NCBI GenBank assembly: GCA_963843575.1
Contig: CAWJKZ010000014.1
Coordinates: 512,001 to 576,000, forward strand
Direction: 5' to 3'
Origin: an uncultured Acidobacteriota bacterium
GTDB taxonomy: Bacteria > Acidobacteriota > UBA6911
Length of the DNA stretch: 64,000 nucleotides
The notes under the pieces: generated by a model
Seen by the model: only the letters and a program-made list of their open reading frames with translations
What the model was told of the DNA's origin: nothing
The model's database searches: none
Shown: one piece after another, positions 19,437-30,738 of the stretch
Layout: every line of letters starts with the position of its first letter
How positions within the stretch are numbered: position 1 is the first letter of the stretch
Made by a program: the position numbers and the translations under genes

Positions 19437-19453
19437 TCCCGCAGTCTGCGGGA
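19437..19453 (+). promoter_or_regulatory. Candidate bacterial SECIS element 2 (lies in the 3' UTR)
   Basis: tcccgca-gtc-tgcggga hairpin starting 12 nt after TGA 19422-19424. Confidence 0.65.
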
Positions 19454-19694
19454 TCAGACGGGGATGCGGCCTGGACTTTGCCCTCATCCCGGCGCGAGAA
19501 CGGGGGAAAATCGAAAACCCGCCACCGAGGGACATAGATTCAAACAAGCTTTGCGCGGGTCTGCGATGACACGAGCTCGGCACGCTCGGACCCGGTTTGG
19601 CTTCCACCGTGGGGCTGCCCCGCGGCGGGCAACCTCGGCGCCACCGATTTCGAGACTACCGGGTGGATAGCGCGACGTCTGCACCCCGGCGCAC

Positions 19695-19723
19695 TTGACC
19701 CCCGGGCCCTTTCCCCCTACAGT
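19695..19723 (+). promoter_or_regulatory. sigma70 promoter of thiI
   Basis: TTGACC-17 nt-TACAGT. Confidence 0.55.
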
Positions 19724-19751
19724 TGCGATGGTGTTTGCGTGTGGAGCGGGT

Positions 19752-20996
19752 GTGAACAGGGTAATTCTGCTGCATTATCACGAGATAAACCTCAAGGGCG
19801 GCAACCGCGGCTGGTTCGAGATGAAGCTGCAGCGGCACGTCGAGCGTCTGCTTGCCGACTTGCCCCAGGGGGGCGTGCGCAAGTACGGCGGCCGCATGAT
19901 GGTGCCGCTGATGGCACACTCCCCCGTCGAGGAGCTGCGCGCCAGGCTGAGCCGGGTGTTCGGCGTGGCGAACATCGCGGTGGCGTGGGAGGTGCCGGCC
20001 GTCCTGAGCGAGATCAAAGACGCGCTGAAGCAGCTGATCGAGGGGAAGGATTTTGCCACGTTCAAAATAGACGCCCGGCGCGCCACCAAGGACTTCCCGC
20101 TGAATTCGCAAAAGCTCAACGAGGAGCTCGGAGGGTTCGTCCAGGAGATGACCGGCGCCGCCGTGCGGCTGCAGGATCCCGATCTCACCTGCTGGGTGGA
20201 GATCGTACAGGAGCACGCCTTTATCTATTTCGAGAAGGTGCAGGCCGGTGGCGGATTGCCCTCGGGAACGGGGGGGAAGGTGCTTTGCCTCCTGTCGGGA
20301 GGGATCGACTCTCCCGTGGCCGCGTACCGGCTGATGCGCCGGGGGTGCCAGGTCGTCTTCGTCCACTTTCACAGCTTCCCGCACACCACGGTCGAGTCGC
20401 AGGACAAGGTGCGCCTCATCGCGGCAGTCCTGGCGCGTTACCAACTGGACGCGCGGCTGCACCTCGTGCCTTTCGCCGAGGTGCAGCGCGAGATCGTGGC
20501 CTACGCGCCGCCGGCGCTGCGGGTGCTGCTGTACCGCCGTTTCATGCTGAGGATAGCGGAGGCGATCGCCTCGGCCGAAAAAGCTGCCGCCCTGGTGACC
20601 GGCGACAACCTGGGGCAGGTCGCCAGCCAGACCCTCGAGAACCTGCGCGCCGTCTCCTCGGTGGCGTCGCTCCCGATCTTCCGGCCGCTGATCGGCGACG
20701 ACAAGGAAGACATCATGAACTCGGCCCGCGCCATCGGCACCTACGACATCAGCATCCTGCCGGACCAGGACTGCTGCACGATGTTCGTGCCGCGCCACCC
20801 GGAGACGATGGGCACGATCGAGCAGATGCAGCAGGCCGAGGCCTCGCTGGATCTTCCGCGTCTGATCGAGTCCGCCCTTCGCGACACCACCCGCGAGACC
20901 CTGTCCCCGGATTACCGGCGAGGGCCGGCGCCGGGCCGCGGCGCGCCGCGTGGCGCCGAGCCGGCCGGGCTTTCTCAATTTCCGGCACGACCTTGA
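19752..20996 (+). CDS. thiI: tRNA 4-thiouridine synthase ThiI (THUMP + PP-loop, no rhodanese domain)
   Basis: HYHEINLKGGNR, SGGIDSPVA, TGDNLGQVASQT, RPLIG, DCC. Confidence 0.93.
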   Translation: MNRVILLHYHEINLKGGNRGWFEMKLQRHVERLLADLPQGGVRKYGGRMMVPLMAHSPVEELRARLSRVFGVANIAVAWEVPAVLSEIKDALKQLIEGKDFATFKIDARRATKDFPLNSQKLNEELGGFVQEMTGAAVRLQDPDLTCWVEIVQEHAFIYFEKVQAGGGLPSGTGGKVLCLLSGGIDSPVAAYRLMRRGCQVVFVHFHSFPHTTVESQDKVRLIAAVLARYQLDARLHLVPFAEVQREIVAYAPPALRVLLYRRFMLRIAEAIASAEKAAALVTGDNLGQVASQTLENLRAVSSVASLPIFRPLIGDDKEDIMNSARAIGTYDISILPDQDCCTMFVPRHPETMGTIEQMQQAEASLDLPRLIESALRDTTRETLSPDYRRGPAPGRGAPRGAEPAGLSQFPARP

Positions 20997-21099
20997 TGCT
21001 TGCCGGTGTTCGGGCGGTCTTCCACCTCGAGGGGGAGGTCGTCCTTCAAGCACAGCCCGGTTGAGGCGTTTCCCCCCCGGGCCCGTGCGCGGGGCGCGC

Positions 21100-22429
21100 A
21101 TGCACATTCTGGGACTGCTGCTCCATCTGATCTCGGCGCCGCTCGGCCCGGCCCACCCCGACGGGCCGCCGACCACCCTCTGGTCCGGCACCCTCGCCGG
21201 CAACGAAGCAGTAGCCGAGTTCCGCGTCCACTTGAGCGCGCGCGTGCCGGGCGCCTCGTGGAAGGAGGCCCGGCGCGCGTGCGGCGTACTCACCGTGTCG
21301 GTCGACGGACGCTACGACCAGCATGTCTTCCTGGCCGGAAACGGCCAGTGGACCGACCTACGAGTTCGTCGTGGGGCCGGTCGCCCCCGGCACGCACACG
21401 ATCCGCCTGGACTGGATGCGCGACTGGACACCCGACCTGACGCAGGAGCCGGAACTGCGGGACATCCGGCTGGAGCCGCTGCGCCAGGCCGACCCGGCGC
21501 TGGAACCCGTGCTGCGCGCACCCAGCCTCTGGCTTCGGGCCGACACCATCGGCCGCTTCAGCGACGTGCCGCTGGCGCTGTACTGGGAACGCCTGAAGAC
21601 CCCGCGCGGCGAGCGGCTCGTCTACACCGTCATCATGACCAACGAGGACGGGGGGACCAACACCGAGAGGCTGATGGCCCGGTGGGGTCGCACCACCGAC
21701 ATCGAGTGGTGCTACGCCCACGAAGGCTCGGGCGCCGACCGCGAAGACACCTACCAGGGACGCGACCACGAGACCATCCCGTTCCACGGCCGCTACGACG
21801 GGTGGCACCCGAACCTCTACGACGTGACGGTGAACAACGTCTTTTCCGACACCCCCGCCGGGGCCGCCCAGACGGTGCGGGTCCGTCCTTTCCCGGTGTT
21901 TGCAGACCTCGCCCGCAGCACCAGGGAATCGGTCATGGAACGATTCCCGTGGCTCTATGGGGTGATGGCCGACGAGATGGAGCGCGAGGGGAAGCTCGAG
22001 TCCCCGGCGGATCCCGCGACGGCGGCCGTCTCCGACCTGCGCAACTACGCCTACGTGGAAGTCTGTGCCGAACAGCGCGGGACGGAGCTGCGGTTCGAGG
22101 TACAGCTCGACGGCGGCGGGCGCTGGTTCAGCTCCGACCACCTCGACCCGAAGGCGCGCATCGAGCGGAGCGGCTGCTTCCGCTCGTCCGTCGAGCTGCC
22201 CCCGGGCACCCTGCCCCGGCAGATCAGCGCCTTACGGATAGAATGTCTTCCCGAACCAGCGCGCGGCGGGAAGCCCCCGGTCTCCCGCCCCGGCGCGCGG
22301 CTGCTCGGCGTCGGGCGCCTGTTCATGCTCGACAGCGCCTACCAGCCGGGAGCGAGCGTGCTCCAACGGAGCCGTCCGGCTTCCCTCAAGCCGGGCCAGT
22401 CTCTCACGGTTCGGCCGCGACAGAGCTGA
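21100..22429 (+). CDS. Exported hypothetical protein, split by one frameshift near 21350
   Basis: Signal-like MHILGLLLHLISAPLG in one frame continues into ORF 21323..22429 (YTVIMTNEDGGT, RWGRTTDIEW). Confidence 0.6.
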
Positions 22430-22500
22430 ACATCCGCTGGCCGGGCGACGCCGCCCGACCGGCGCACCGTTTCGCTCCCCGCCGTCCTGCAAATTCACCC

Positions 22501-22548
22501 TTGACAGCCGACGCTGCCGATCGTATAAATGTTTCGCAATTTAGAAAC
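22501..22548 (+). promoter_or_regulatory. Near-consensus promoter with overlapping ArsR-type operator
   Basis: TTGACA-17 nt-TATAAA(T), followed immediately by the inverted repeat GTTTC-N8-GAAAC (22531-22548). Confidence 0.7.
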
Positions 22549-22569
22549 TTTTATCAACAGGAAGGATTC

Positions 22570-22956
22570 ATGGCCGCAAACCCGATCACCGACAAGGCGT
22601 CGCTGCGCAGAGTCTTCGAACTGCAGTGCCAGATCTGCAAGGCGATGGCGCACCCGCTCCGCCTCGAGATCGTCGAACGGCTCCATCGGCGGGAGATGGC
22701 CGCGGCGGAGTTGATCGACACCCTGGACACGTCCAAGGCGAACCTCTCGAAGCACATGAACCTGCTGATCAACGCCGGCATCGTCCAGCAGAGGCGCAAC
22801 GGCAGGCAGGTCTCTTACAGCCTGGCCTATCCGGAAATCCACGAAGCGTGCACGATCATGCGCTCGATCCTGTTCCGCCGGCTGAAGACCGGCGGCAAAC
22901 TGGCGCTGGCCCTGAAGCCGGCGAGCCGTATAGCGATCGTCCCAACCGTCTCCTAG
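22570..22956 (+). CDS. ArsR/SmtB family repressor
   Basis: CQICKAMAHPLRLEI, SKANLSKHM, GIV..RRNGRQVSYSL, IHEAC. Confidence 0.9.
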   Translation: MAANPITDKASLRRVFELQCQICKAMAHPLRLEIVERLHRREMAAAELIDTLDTSKANLSKHMNLLINAGIVQQRRNGRQVSYSLAYPEIHEACTIMRSILFRRLKTGGKLALALKPASRIAIVPTVS

Positions 22957-22966
22957 GCGTGACACC

Positions 22967-24331
22967 ATGACATCGAAGCTAGCCACAGTTCTCAGCATGA
23001 CCGCAGTGATCTTCGCGGCCTCCGCCGTTCCGGCCGTCTTCGGGCAGCAGCTCACGCTGCAGGCCGCCGCCGCCCGGGCCCTGGAACGCAATCCAGAGCT
23101 GGCCGTCGACGCGCCCGGGCGCGAGGCCGCCAGGTTCGATCTGGCCGCCAGCCGGGCCGGCTTCCTTCCCAGGGTCGACTTCGAGCAGTCTTACACGGGC
23201 GGCAACAACCCCGTGTACGTCTTCGGGACGCTCCTGACGCAACGCCGGTTCGGCGCCGCCAATTTCGCGCTCCCTTCCCTGAATAGCCCCGACCCGGTCG
23301 ACAACCTGCAGAGCCGTTTCACGGTCCAGCAGACCGTCTGGGATTTCGGCCGGACGCGGCAGAAGGTGGACGCAGCCAGCCTGGGGTTGAGCCTGACTGA
23401 CCGCGATCATGAAGAGCACGTCCGGCAGGTCCTGCTCTCGGTCCTCGCCGCCTATTTCGGCGTGTCGCAGGCACGCGAGGTGTGGGACGCGGCACGCGCC
23501 GCCCTGGATTCCGCGCAGGCGATCAGCGCGCAGGCGAAGCAGCGGGTTTCCGCCGGCCTCGCCGTGGAGGCCGACGTGCTGCGGAGCGAAGCGCACCTGG
23601 CGTCCGTGCGCCAGCAGGAAATTCAGTCCCGGGGGGAGTTGGACGTTGCGCGGGCCACCCTGAACCGTCTCATGGGGGAGCCCCTGGCTGCCGCAACCGG
23701 CGACACCGCGGCCCTTGCGCCCGCGCTCTTCCCGGTACCCACCGAGGAAGAGCTGATCGCCGCGCAGCGGCAGAGGAGGCCCGACTACCAGCGCCTGCTA
23801 CTCGAGCTTCGGCAGGCCGAACTCGAGGCCGGCGCCAGGAAGGCGGAATTCTACCCCGTCGTCGGCGCGTTCGCTGGTTGGGAGGCCGACAACCCGTCGC
23901 TGCGGAGCGCCGGGGGGACGAACTGGTCGGCAGGGGTCAGCCTGCGCTGGAACCTGTTCGCCGGGGGGAGCGACGCAGCGAGGCTGCAGGCGGCACGCCA
24001 GCGCCTGGAACAGAAACGGCGCCAGATCGCGGCAGTGGAATCCGCCATGGCGCTCGAGATCCACCGGGCCGCGGTCCAATTGAGGTCCGCCGAGCAGCAG
24101 GTCGAGGTGACCCGCGCGGCGGAGGCGCAGGCCCAGGAAAGCGTGCTCATCCTCAAGAACCGTTACGACGCCGGCCTGGCCACCCTGACGGACCTACTTT
24201 CCGCCGAGGGCGCGCGCGCCGGCGCGCGCGCCGCGTTCGCCGAATCGATCTACCGCCACCGGCTCACGTTCGCCCAGCTCGAGTATGCGGCGGGCATCCT
24301 CAGTCCAACATCCAAAGCCATGCAACCCTGA
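22967..24331 (+). CDS. TolC family outer-membrane efflux protein
   Basis: Signal peptide; LTLQAA..ALERNP, LPRVD, NRYDAGLAT.TDLL. Confidence 0.88.
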   Translation: MTSKLATVLSMTAVIFAASAVPAVFGQQLTLQAAAARALERNPELAVDAPGREAARFDLAASRAGFLPRVDFEQSYTGGNNPVYVFGTLLTQRRFGAANFALPSLNSPDPVDNLQSRFTVQQTVWDFGRTRQKVDAASLGLSLTDRDHEEHVRQVLLSVLAAYFGVSQAREVWDAARAALDSAQAISAQAKQRVSAGLAVEADVLRSEAHLASVRQQEIQSRGELDVARATLNRLMGEPLAAATGDTAALAPALFPVPTEEELIAAQRQRRPDYQRLLLELRQAELEAGARKAEFYPVVGAFAGWEADNPSLRSAGGTNWSAGVSLRWNLFAGGSDAARLQAARQRLEQKRRQIAAVESAMALEIHRAAVQLRSAEQQVEVTRAAEAQAQESVLILKNRYDAGLATLTDLLSAEGARAGARAAFAESIYRHRLTFAQLEYAAGILSPTSKAMQP

Positions 24332-24341
24332 AGGTAGACTC

Positions 24342-25532
24342 ATGCGCATACCATTTTCGACAGGCATAATCGCCCTCACCGGGGCCTTGCTCGCCTCCGG
24401 TTGCCACGAGGCGACGAAACCGACCGGCCCGTCCAGGCCGGTCGCGGTGAGCGTCCTGCCCGCGCGGTACGAGACCGTGTCCTCGTCGGTCGAGGCTCCC
24501 GGCTCGGTACAGGCTCGGAACCGCATCGTGCTGGCCTCCCAGGTAAACGGCTACGTCCGCGCCCTCCAGGTGCGCGCGGGTGACCTTGTCCGCGAGGGGC
24601 AGGTGCTGGCGTCGCTCGACTCGCGCGACGCCCAAAGCCAGAAGGAGTTCAGCGAAGCCTCGATCCAGGAAGCCCGAGCCGCCCTCGACGAGGCGCGCAA
24701 GTCGGCCCAGGCCGCCCAAAGCGCGCTGAAGGCGGCACACGCCGGAAACGAACTCGCGTCCAGCACCTACGCGCCGGTTCCAGAAGCTCTTCGAGGCCCG
24801 CTCGGTGTCTCCGCAGGAGCTGGACGAGGTGCGCTCCCGCCGCGACTCCGCCGCCGCCGACCTCGCCGCCCGCGACACGATGGCCGCCGCGGCCGAAGAC
24901 CGGGTGCGACAGATCGAGGCCCGGATCTCCCAGGCCGGCGCCCAGTCGCGTCGCGCGGACGTGGCGCTCAGCTGGACGGTCGTCAAGGCGCCGGCGGCAG
25001 GACGGGTCGTCGAACGGCCCGTGGACCCGGGCGCCGTCATCTTCCCGGGGACTCCGCTGTTTGTCCTCGAGTCCGCCACGAAACCGCAGGCGGTCGGCGA
25101 TCTGCCCACGGTCGAGTCCCGCCACCTCACCCTGGGAATGAACGTCACCGTGCAGGCCGGCCAGGAGAAGTTTTGCCGGGAAAGGTGGTGGAGGTGATAC
25201 CGGTGACGGCGCCGGGAGCCCACACGATCCGTTTCAAGGTGGATTTGCCCGCGGGCTTTGCCGGCATCTCCGGGAATTTCGTCCGGATCCTCATCCCTTC
25301 GGGCACCCGCAACGCCCTGCTGGTGCCGCGCTCCTCGGTGCGGGAAGTAGGACAACTGACCGGCTTGTTCGTGGTCGACGGGGCCTCGAAGGCGCGCTTC
25401 CGCCTGATCAGGACCGCCGCATACGACAACGAACGGGTGGAGGTGCTCTCCGGCGTCGAACCGGGCGACAGGGTTGTCGACAGCCCCGGAATCGAGGTGG
25501 TTGACGGAGCCTCGCTGGAGGTCAGGTCATGA
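24342..25532 (+). CDS. RND efflux periplasmic adaptor (lipoprotein), two compensating frameshifts near 24774 and 25170
   Basis: LLASGC lipobox; VRAGDLVREGQVL; the middle part lies in ORF 24805..25197 (VKAPAAGRV); VEVLSGV.PGDRVV. Confidence 0.85.
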   Translation: MRIPFSTGIIALTGALLASGCHEATKPTGPSRPVAVSVLPARYETVSSSVEAPGSVQARNRIVLASQVNGYVRALQVRAGDLVREGQVLASLDSRDAQSQKEFSEASIQEARAALDEARKSAQAAQSALKAAHAGNELASSTYAPVPEALRGPLGVSAGAGRGALPPRLRRRRPRRPRHDGRRGRRPGATDRGPDLPGRRPVASRGRGAQLDGRQGAGGRTGRRTARGPGRRHLPGDSAVCPRVRHETAGGRRSAHGRVPPPHPGNERHRAGRPGEVLPGKVVEVIPVTAPGAHTIRFKVDLPAGFAGISGNFVRILIPSGTRNALLVPRSSVREVGQLTGLFVVDGASKARFRLIRTAAYDNERVEVLSGVEPGDRVVDSPGIEVVDGASLEVRS

Positions 25533-28500
25533 GCAAGCCCGGAATGGCCGGCAAGGTGGCCCACGCCTTCCTCAATTCGAAGTTGACCCCGCTGATCCTG
25601 ATCGCCTCTATCGCACTGGGCGCGGCCGCCGTCGTCCTGCTCCCCAGGGAGGAGGAACCGCAGATCGTCGTCCCGATGATCGACATCTTCGTCTCGTACC
25701 CGGGGGCTTCCCCGAAGGAAGTCGAGACCCGCATCGTCCGTCCCATGGAACAGCTCCTGTGGGAGATCCCGGGAGTCGAGTACATCTACAGTACGGCGAG
25801 CCCCGGTTCGAGCATGACGATCGTCCGGTTCTTCGTCGGGGAGGATGAGGAGAAGAGCATCGTCCGGCTCAACCAGAAGATGTTCGCGAACTTCGACCTG
25901 ATCCCGCCCGGGGCGTCGCAGCCGCTGATCAAGCCGCGCTCGATCGACGATGTCCCGTTCCTGGCCTTGACCCTGTGGAGCAAGGAGCTGGACGGCTACC
26001 AGATCAGACGCGCGGCCGCCGAGTTGCGCAACGAGGTCCAGAAAATCCCCGACATCGCCGCCACCGAGATCATCGGCGGCCAGCGCAGGCAGCTCCGGGT
26101 GGAACTGGACGCAACACAACTCGCGGCCTACGGGATCGGCGCCGGCCAGTTGCGTGGGGCACTGCAGGCGGAAAACCGCGAGACCGACGCCGGCGAGATC
26201 ACCCGGGGCAACGAGGTTTTCTCGGTTCGCCTGAACGGTTTTCTCCGGAGCGCCGAGGACCTCCAGAACCTCGTCGTCGGGATGCGAGACGGCGCGCCCG
26301 TCTACCTGCGCAACGTGGCGCGCGTGCTGGATGGACCGGAGGAACCGAAAGACTACGTCTTCTTCGCCCCGGGGCCGGCTGCCAGCTCCAAGGGCATAGA
26401 CATGCAGCCGGGGTCCGGCGCGGAGGGGACTGCCCCTCGTCTCCCTGGATCCCGCCACGGGAGGGTCGGGCACGCCTGGTGCCGGGCTGTTCCCGGGCGT
26501 GACGCTTTCGGTGGCCAAGCGCAAGGGCAAGAACGCCGTTGACCTCGCCCGCCAGGTGGAGCAGCGCGCGGAGGAGTTCCGGGCCCGCTATTTCCCGGCA
26601 TCCCTCCAGATGACCGTGACCCGGAACTACGGCGAAACCGCGGCGGAGAAATCGAACGAGCTGCTGCTCCACATGATGATCGCCGTCCTTTCGGTCACGC
26701 TGCTGATCTGGCTCATCCTCGGATTCCGCGAGGCGGGGGTCGTGGCGGTAGCCATCCCGGTGACGCTTGCCCTGACCCTCATCGTCTTCCTGCTGTACGG
26801 GTATACGTTGAACCGGATCACGCTCTTCGCCCTGATCTTTTCCATCGGTATCCTGGTCGACGACGCGATCGTCGTGGTCGAGAACATCGTGCGGCACAAG
26901 AGGCTCCCCGAAAACCGCGGCCGCAGTTTCGTCGACGTGGCCGTCGAGGCGGTCGACGAGGTGGGCAATCCGACGATTCTCGCCACCCTGACCGTCATCG
27001 CGGCGATCCTGCCGATGGCCGCCGTGCGCGGCCTGATGGGTCCGTACATGCGCCCGATCCCGATCGGCGCCTCGGCCGCCATGATCTTCTCGCTGCTGGT
27101 CGCCTTCGTCGTGACACCCTGGGCCGCCGCGCGTTTACTCCGGCCCGCGGGGGGCGGCCACGCGCACGAGGATGGGGACGGGGACGACTGGTCGACCCGG
27201 CTCTACCGCCGCTTCATGGGGAGGCTCCTTTCCAGCGACAGGTACCAATGGGCGTTCCTCGGGTTGGTCTCCGTGCTACTGCTGGCCTCGATGAGCCTGG
27301 TCTATTTCCGGCTGGTTGTCGTGAAGATGCTCCCCTTCGACAACAAGAGCGAGTTCCAGGTCATCGTGGACATGCCCGAAGGGACGAGCCTGGAGAAGAC
27401 CGCCGCGGTCACGCGGGAACTCGCCGTGCAGCTCCAGCAGGTCCCGGAGGTTACCGATTACGAGACATACGTGGGTACGGCCTCCCCGTTCAACTTCAAC
27501 GGGCTGGTCCGTCATTACTATGTCCGGCGCGGGTCGAACGTCGCCGACATCCAGGTCAACCTCACCCCCAAGGGAGAGCGCTCGGCGCAGAGCCACGCGA
27601 TCGCGCTGCGAACCCGCACACTGCTGCAGCCGATCGCTCAGAAGCACGGCGCGAGGATCAAGGTGGCCGAGGTGCCGCCCGGCCCACCCGTACTGCAAAC
27701 GCTCGTCGCCGAGATCTATGGTCCGGACTATTCCAGGCAGGTGGAACTCGCCCGCAGCGTGCGGGACACCCTCGACAAGACGCCCGGGATCGTGGACGTC
27801 GACTGGTATGTCGAAGACCCGCAGCGCGAGATGCGCTTCCGTGTGGACCGCCTGAAGGCGTCGCTCGCCGGCGTCTCTCTCGGCGACATCCAGCAGACCG
27901 TGCAGGTCGGGGTTTCCGGCAGCATCGCGGGCCTCGCACATCTCTCGAGCGAGTCCGAGGACGTGCCCATAACCGTGCGGCTCCCGCTGGAGGCCCGCAC
28001 CGAGGTGTCAGATCTGAACAAGCTGCGGATAGCTTCGGCGGCAGGCCGCCTGGTCCCGCTGTCCGAGCTCGGTGTTTGGGAAGAATCGCTGCGCGAACCC
28101 AGCATTTACCACAAGAACCTCATGCCGGTGGTCTACGTGACCGCAGACGTCGCCGGCCACGAGGAGAGCCCGGTGTATCCCATCCTCAAACTCGACGGCG
28201 AGCTGCGCTCGATGAGGCTGCCCGAGGGGTACACCATGGAGACCTACACGGCCCGTCAGCCGGAGAACAGCGACCGCCTGGCGATGAAGTGGGATGGGGA
28301 GTGGCACATCACCTACGAGGTCTTCCGCGACCTGGGACTGGCCTTTGCCGCGGTCCTGGTCCTGATCTACATCCTGGTGGTAGCATGGTTCCAGAGTTTC
28401 AAGACGCCGCTGGTGATCATGGCCGCGATCCCCTTCTCCCTGGTCGGCATCCTGCCGGCGCATTGGGGATTCGGCGCCTTCTTTACGGCAACTTCGATGA

Positions 28501-28811
28501 TCGGTTTCATCGCCGGCGCCGGCATCGTGGTGCGCAACTCCATCATCCTGGTGGATTTCATCGAGTTGAGGCTCCAGGCGGGCGAATCGCTGCGCCAGGC
28601 TGTCGTCGAGGCGGGGGCCGTTCGGTTCCGGCCCATGATGCTCACGGCCGCCGCGGTTGTCGTCGGCTCGGCCGTGATCCTGTTCGACCCGATTTTCCAG
28701 GGCCTCGCCATCTCGCTGATGGCCGGGGAGGTCGCGTCGCTGCTGTTGAGCCGCATGACGGTCCCGGTGTTGTTTTTCATGCTGCGCCGCTGGGAGCTGA
28801 GCCGGCGGTAG
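25529..28811 (+). CDS. RND efflux permease (AcrB/CusA superfamily), frameshift near 26430
   Basis: [60 protein letters not shown]. Confidence 0.9.
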
Positions 28812-28836
28812 GCGTTCTGTCTTTCAGGAGAGGGGG

Positions 28837-29034
28837 ATGGGAATGAGTCTCGAAAGGTGGATCCGGCTGATCGCGGGGTCGTTTGTCCTTATAAGCCTGG
28901 CGCTGGCCCACTGGGTGAACCCGAACTGGCTGTGGTTCACTGCGTTCGTTGGGGCGAACCTGTTTCAGTCGTCGCTGACCCGGTGGTGCCTGATGGAAGA
29001 CATCCTGAAAAAAATCGGGATCGGCAGGGCGTGA
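28837..29034 (+). CDS. DUF2892 (YgaP-like) small membrane protein
   Basis: ERWIRLIAG, FVGANLFQS.LTRWCLM..IL. Confidence 0.88.
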   Translation: MGMSLERWIRLIAGSFVLISLALAHWVNPNWLWFTAFVGANLFQSSLTRWCLMEDILKKIGIGRA

Positions 29035-29103
29035 CGGCGGAAGCCGGAAGCCTGGAGCCGGAAGCAACTCCTGCTGCCTGGCTTCCGTCTTCCGGCTTCC
29101 GTC
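29035..29103. repeat. Heptamer-based (GGAAGCC-like) palindromic repeat / bidirectional terminator
   Basis: gcggaagccggaagcctggagccggaagc ... gcttccgtcttccggcttccg, followed by a T run; lies between convergent genes. Confidence 0.65.
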
Positions 29104-29107
29104 TTTT

Positions 29108-30517
<1,410 letters not shown>

Positions 30518-30738
30518 AGATCCTCCCGTTCTTCGGTTTCAGAAAAACGCCAGGCGGAAACGCGTCATAATACTTCAAGGCGGGGGCAAAACACAGACTC
30601 GAGATCCGCGCAGCCGCCGCAGCCCGCCAGGCGGGCCGCCAATTTCTCCCCGGGGTTTACATCGTGTCCCGCTTACGATAGGGTTTTAGTCTGGTGTATC
30701 CGGGTTCTTCCGGCTCCCGTTCCCTGCGAGGCTGACTG

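Noticed and set aside
19460-19490. gggatg...catccc hairpin containing gcggcctggact, reminiscent of tRNA-Sec next to the selenoprotein
   Set aside because: No UCA anticodon loop, T-arm or cloverleaf; at most a terminator-like stem.
19724-19740. GCGATGGTGTTTGC resembling the 5' part of a fluoride riboswitch
   Set aside because: The downstream conserved element is missing, the motif overlaps the predicted transcription start, and the next gene is thiI.
20950-22956. 668-aa ORF that looks like an ArsR fusion
   Set aside because: Artefact: it joins the N-terminus of the frameshifted exported protein, off-frame sequence and the real ArsR gene, which has its own promoter and RBS at 22501-22570.
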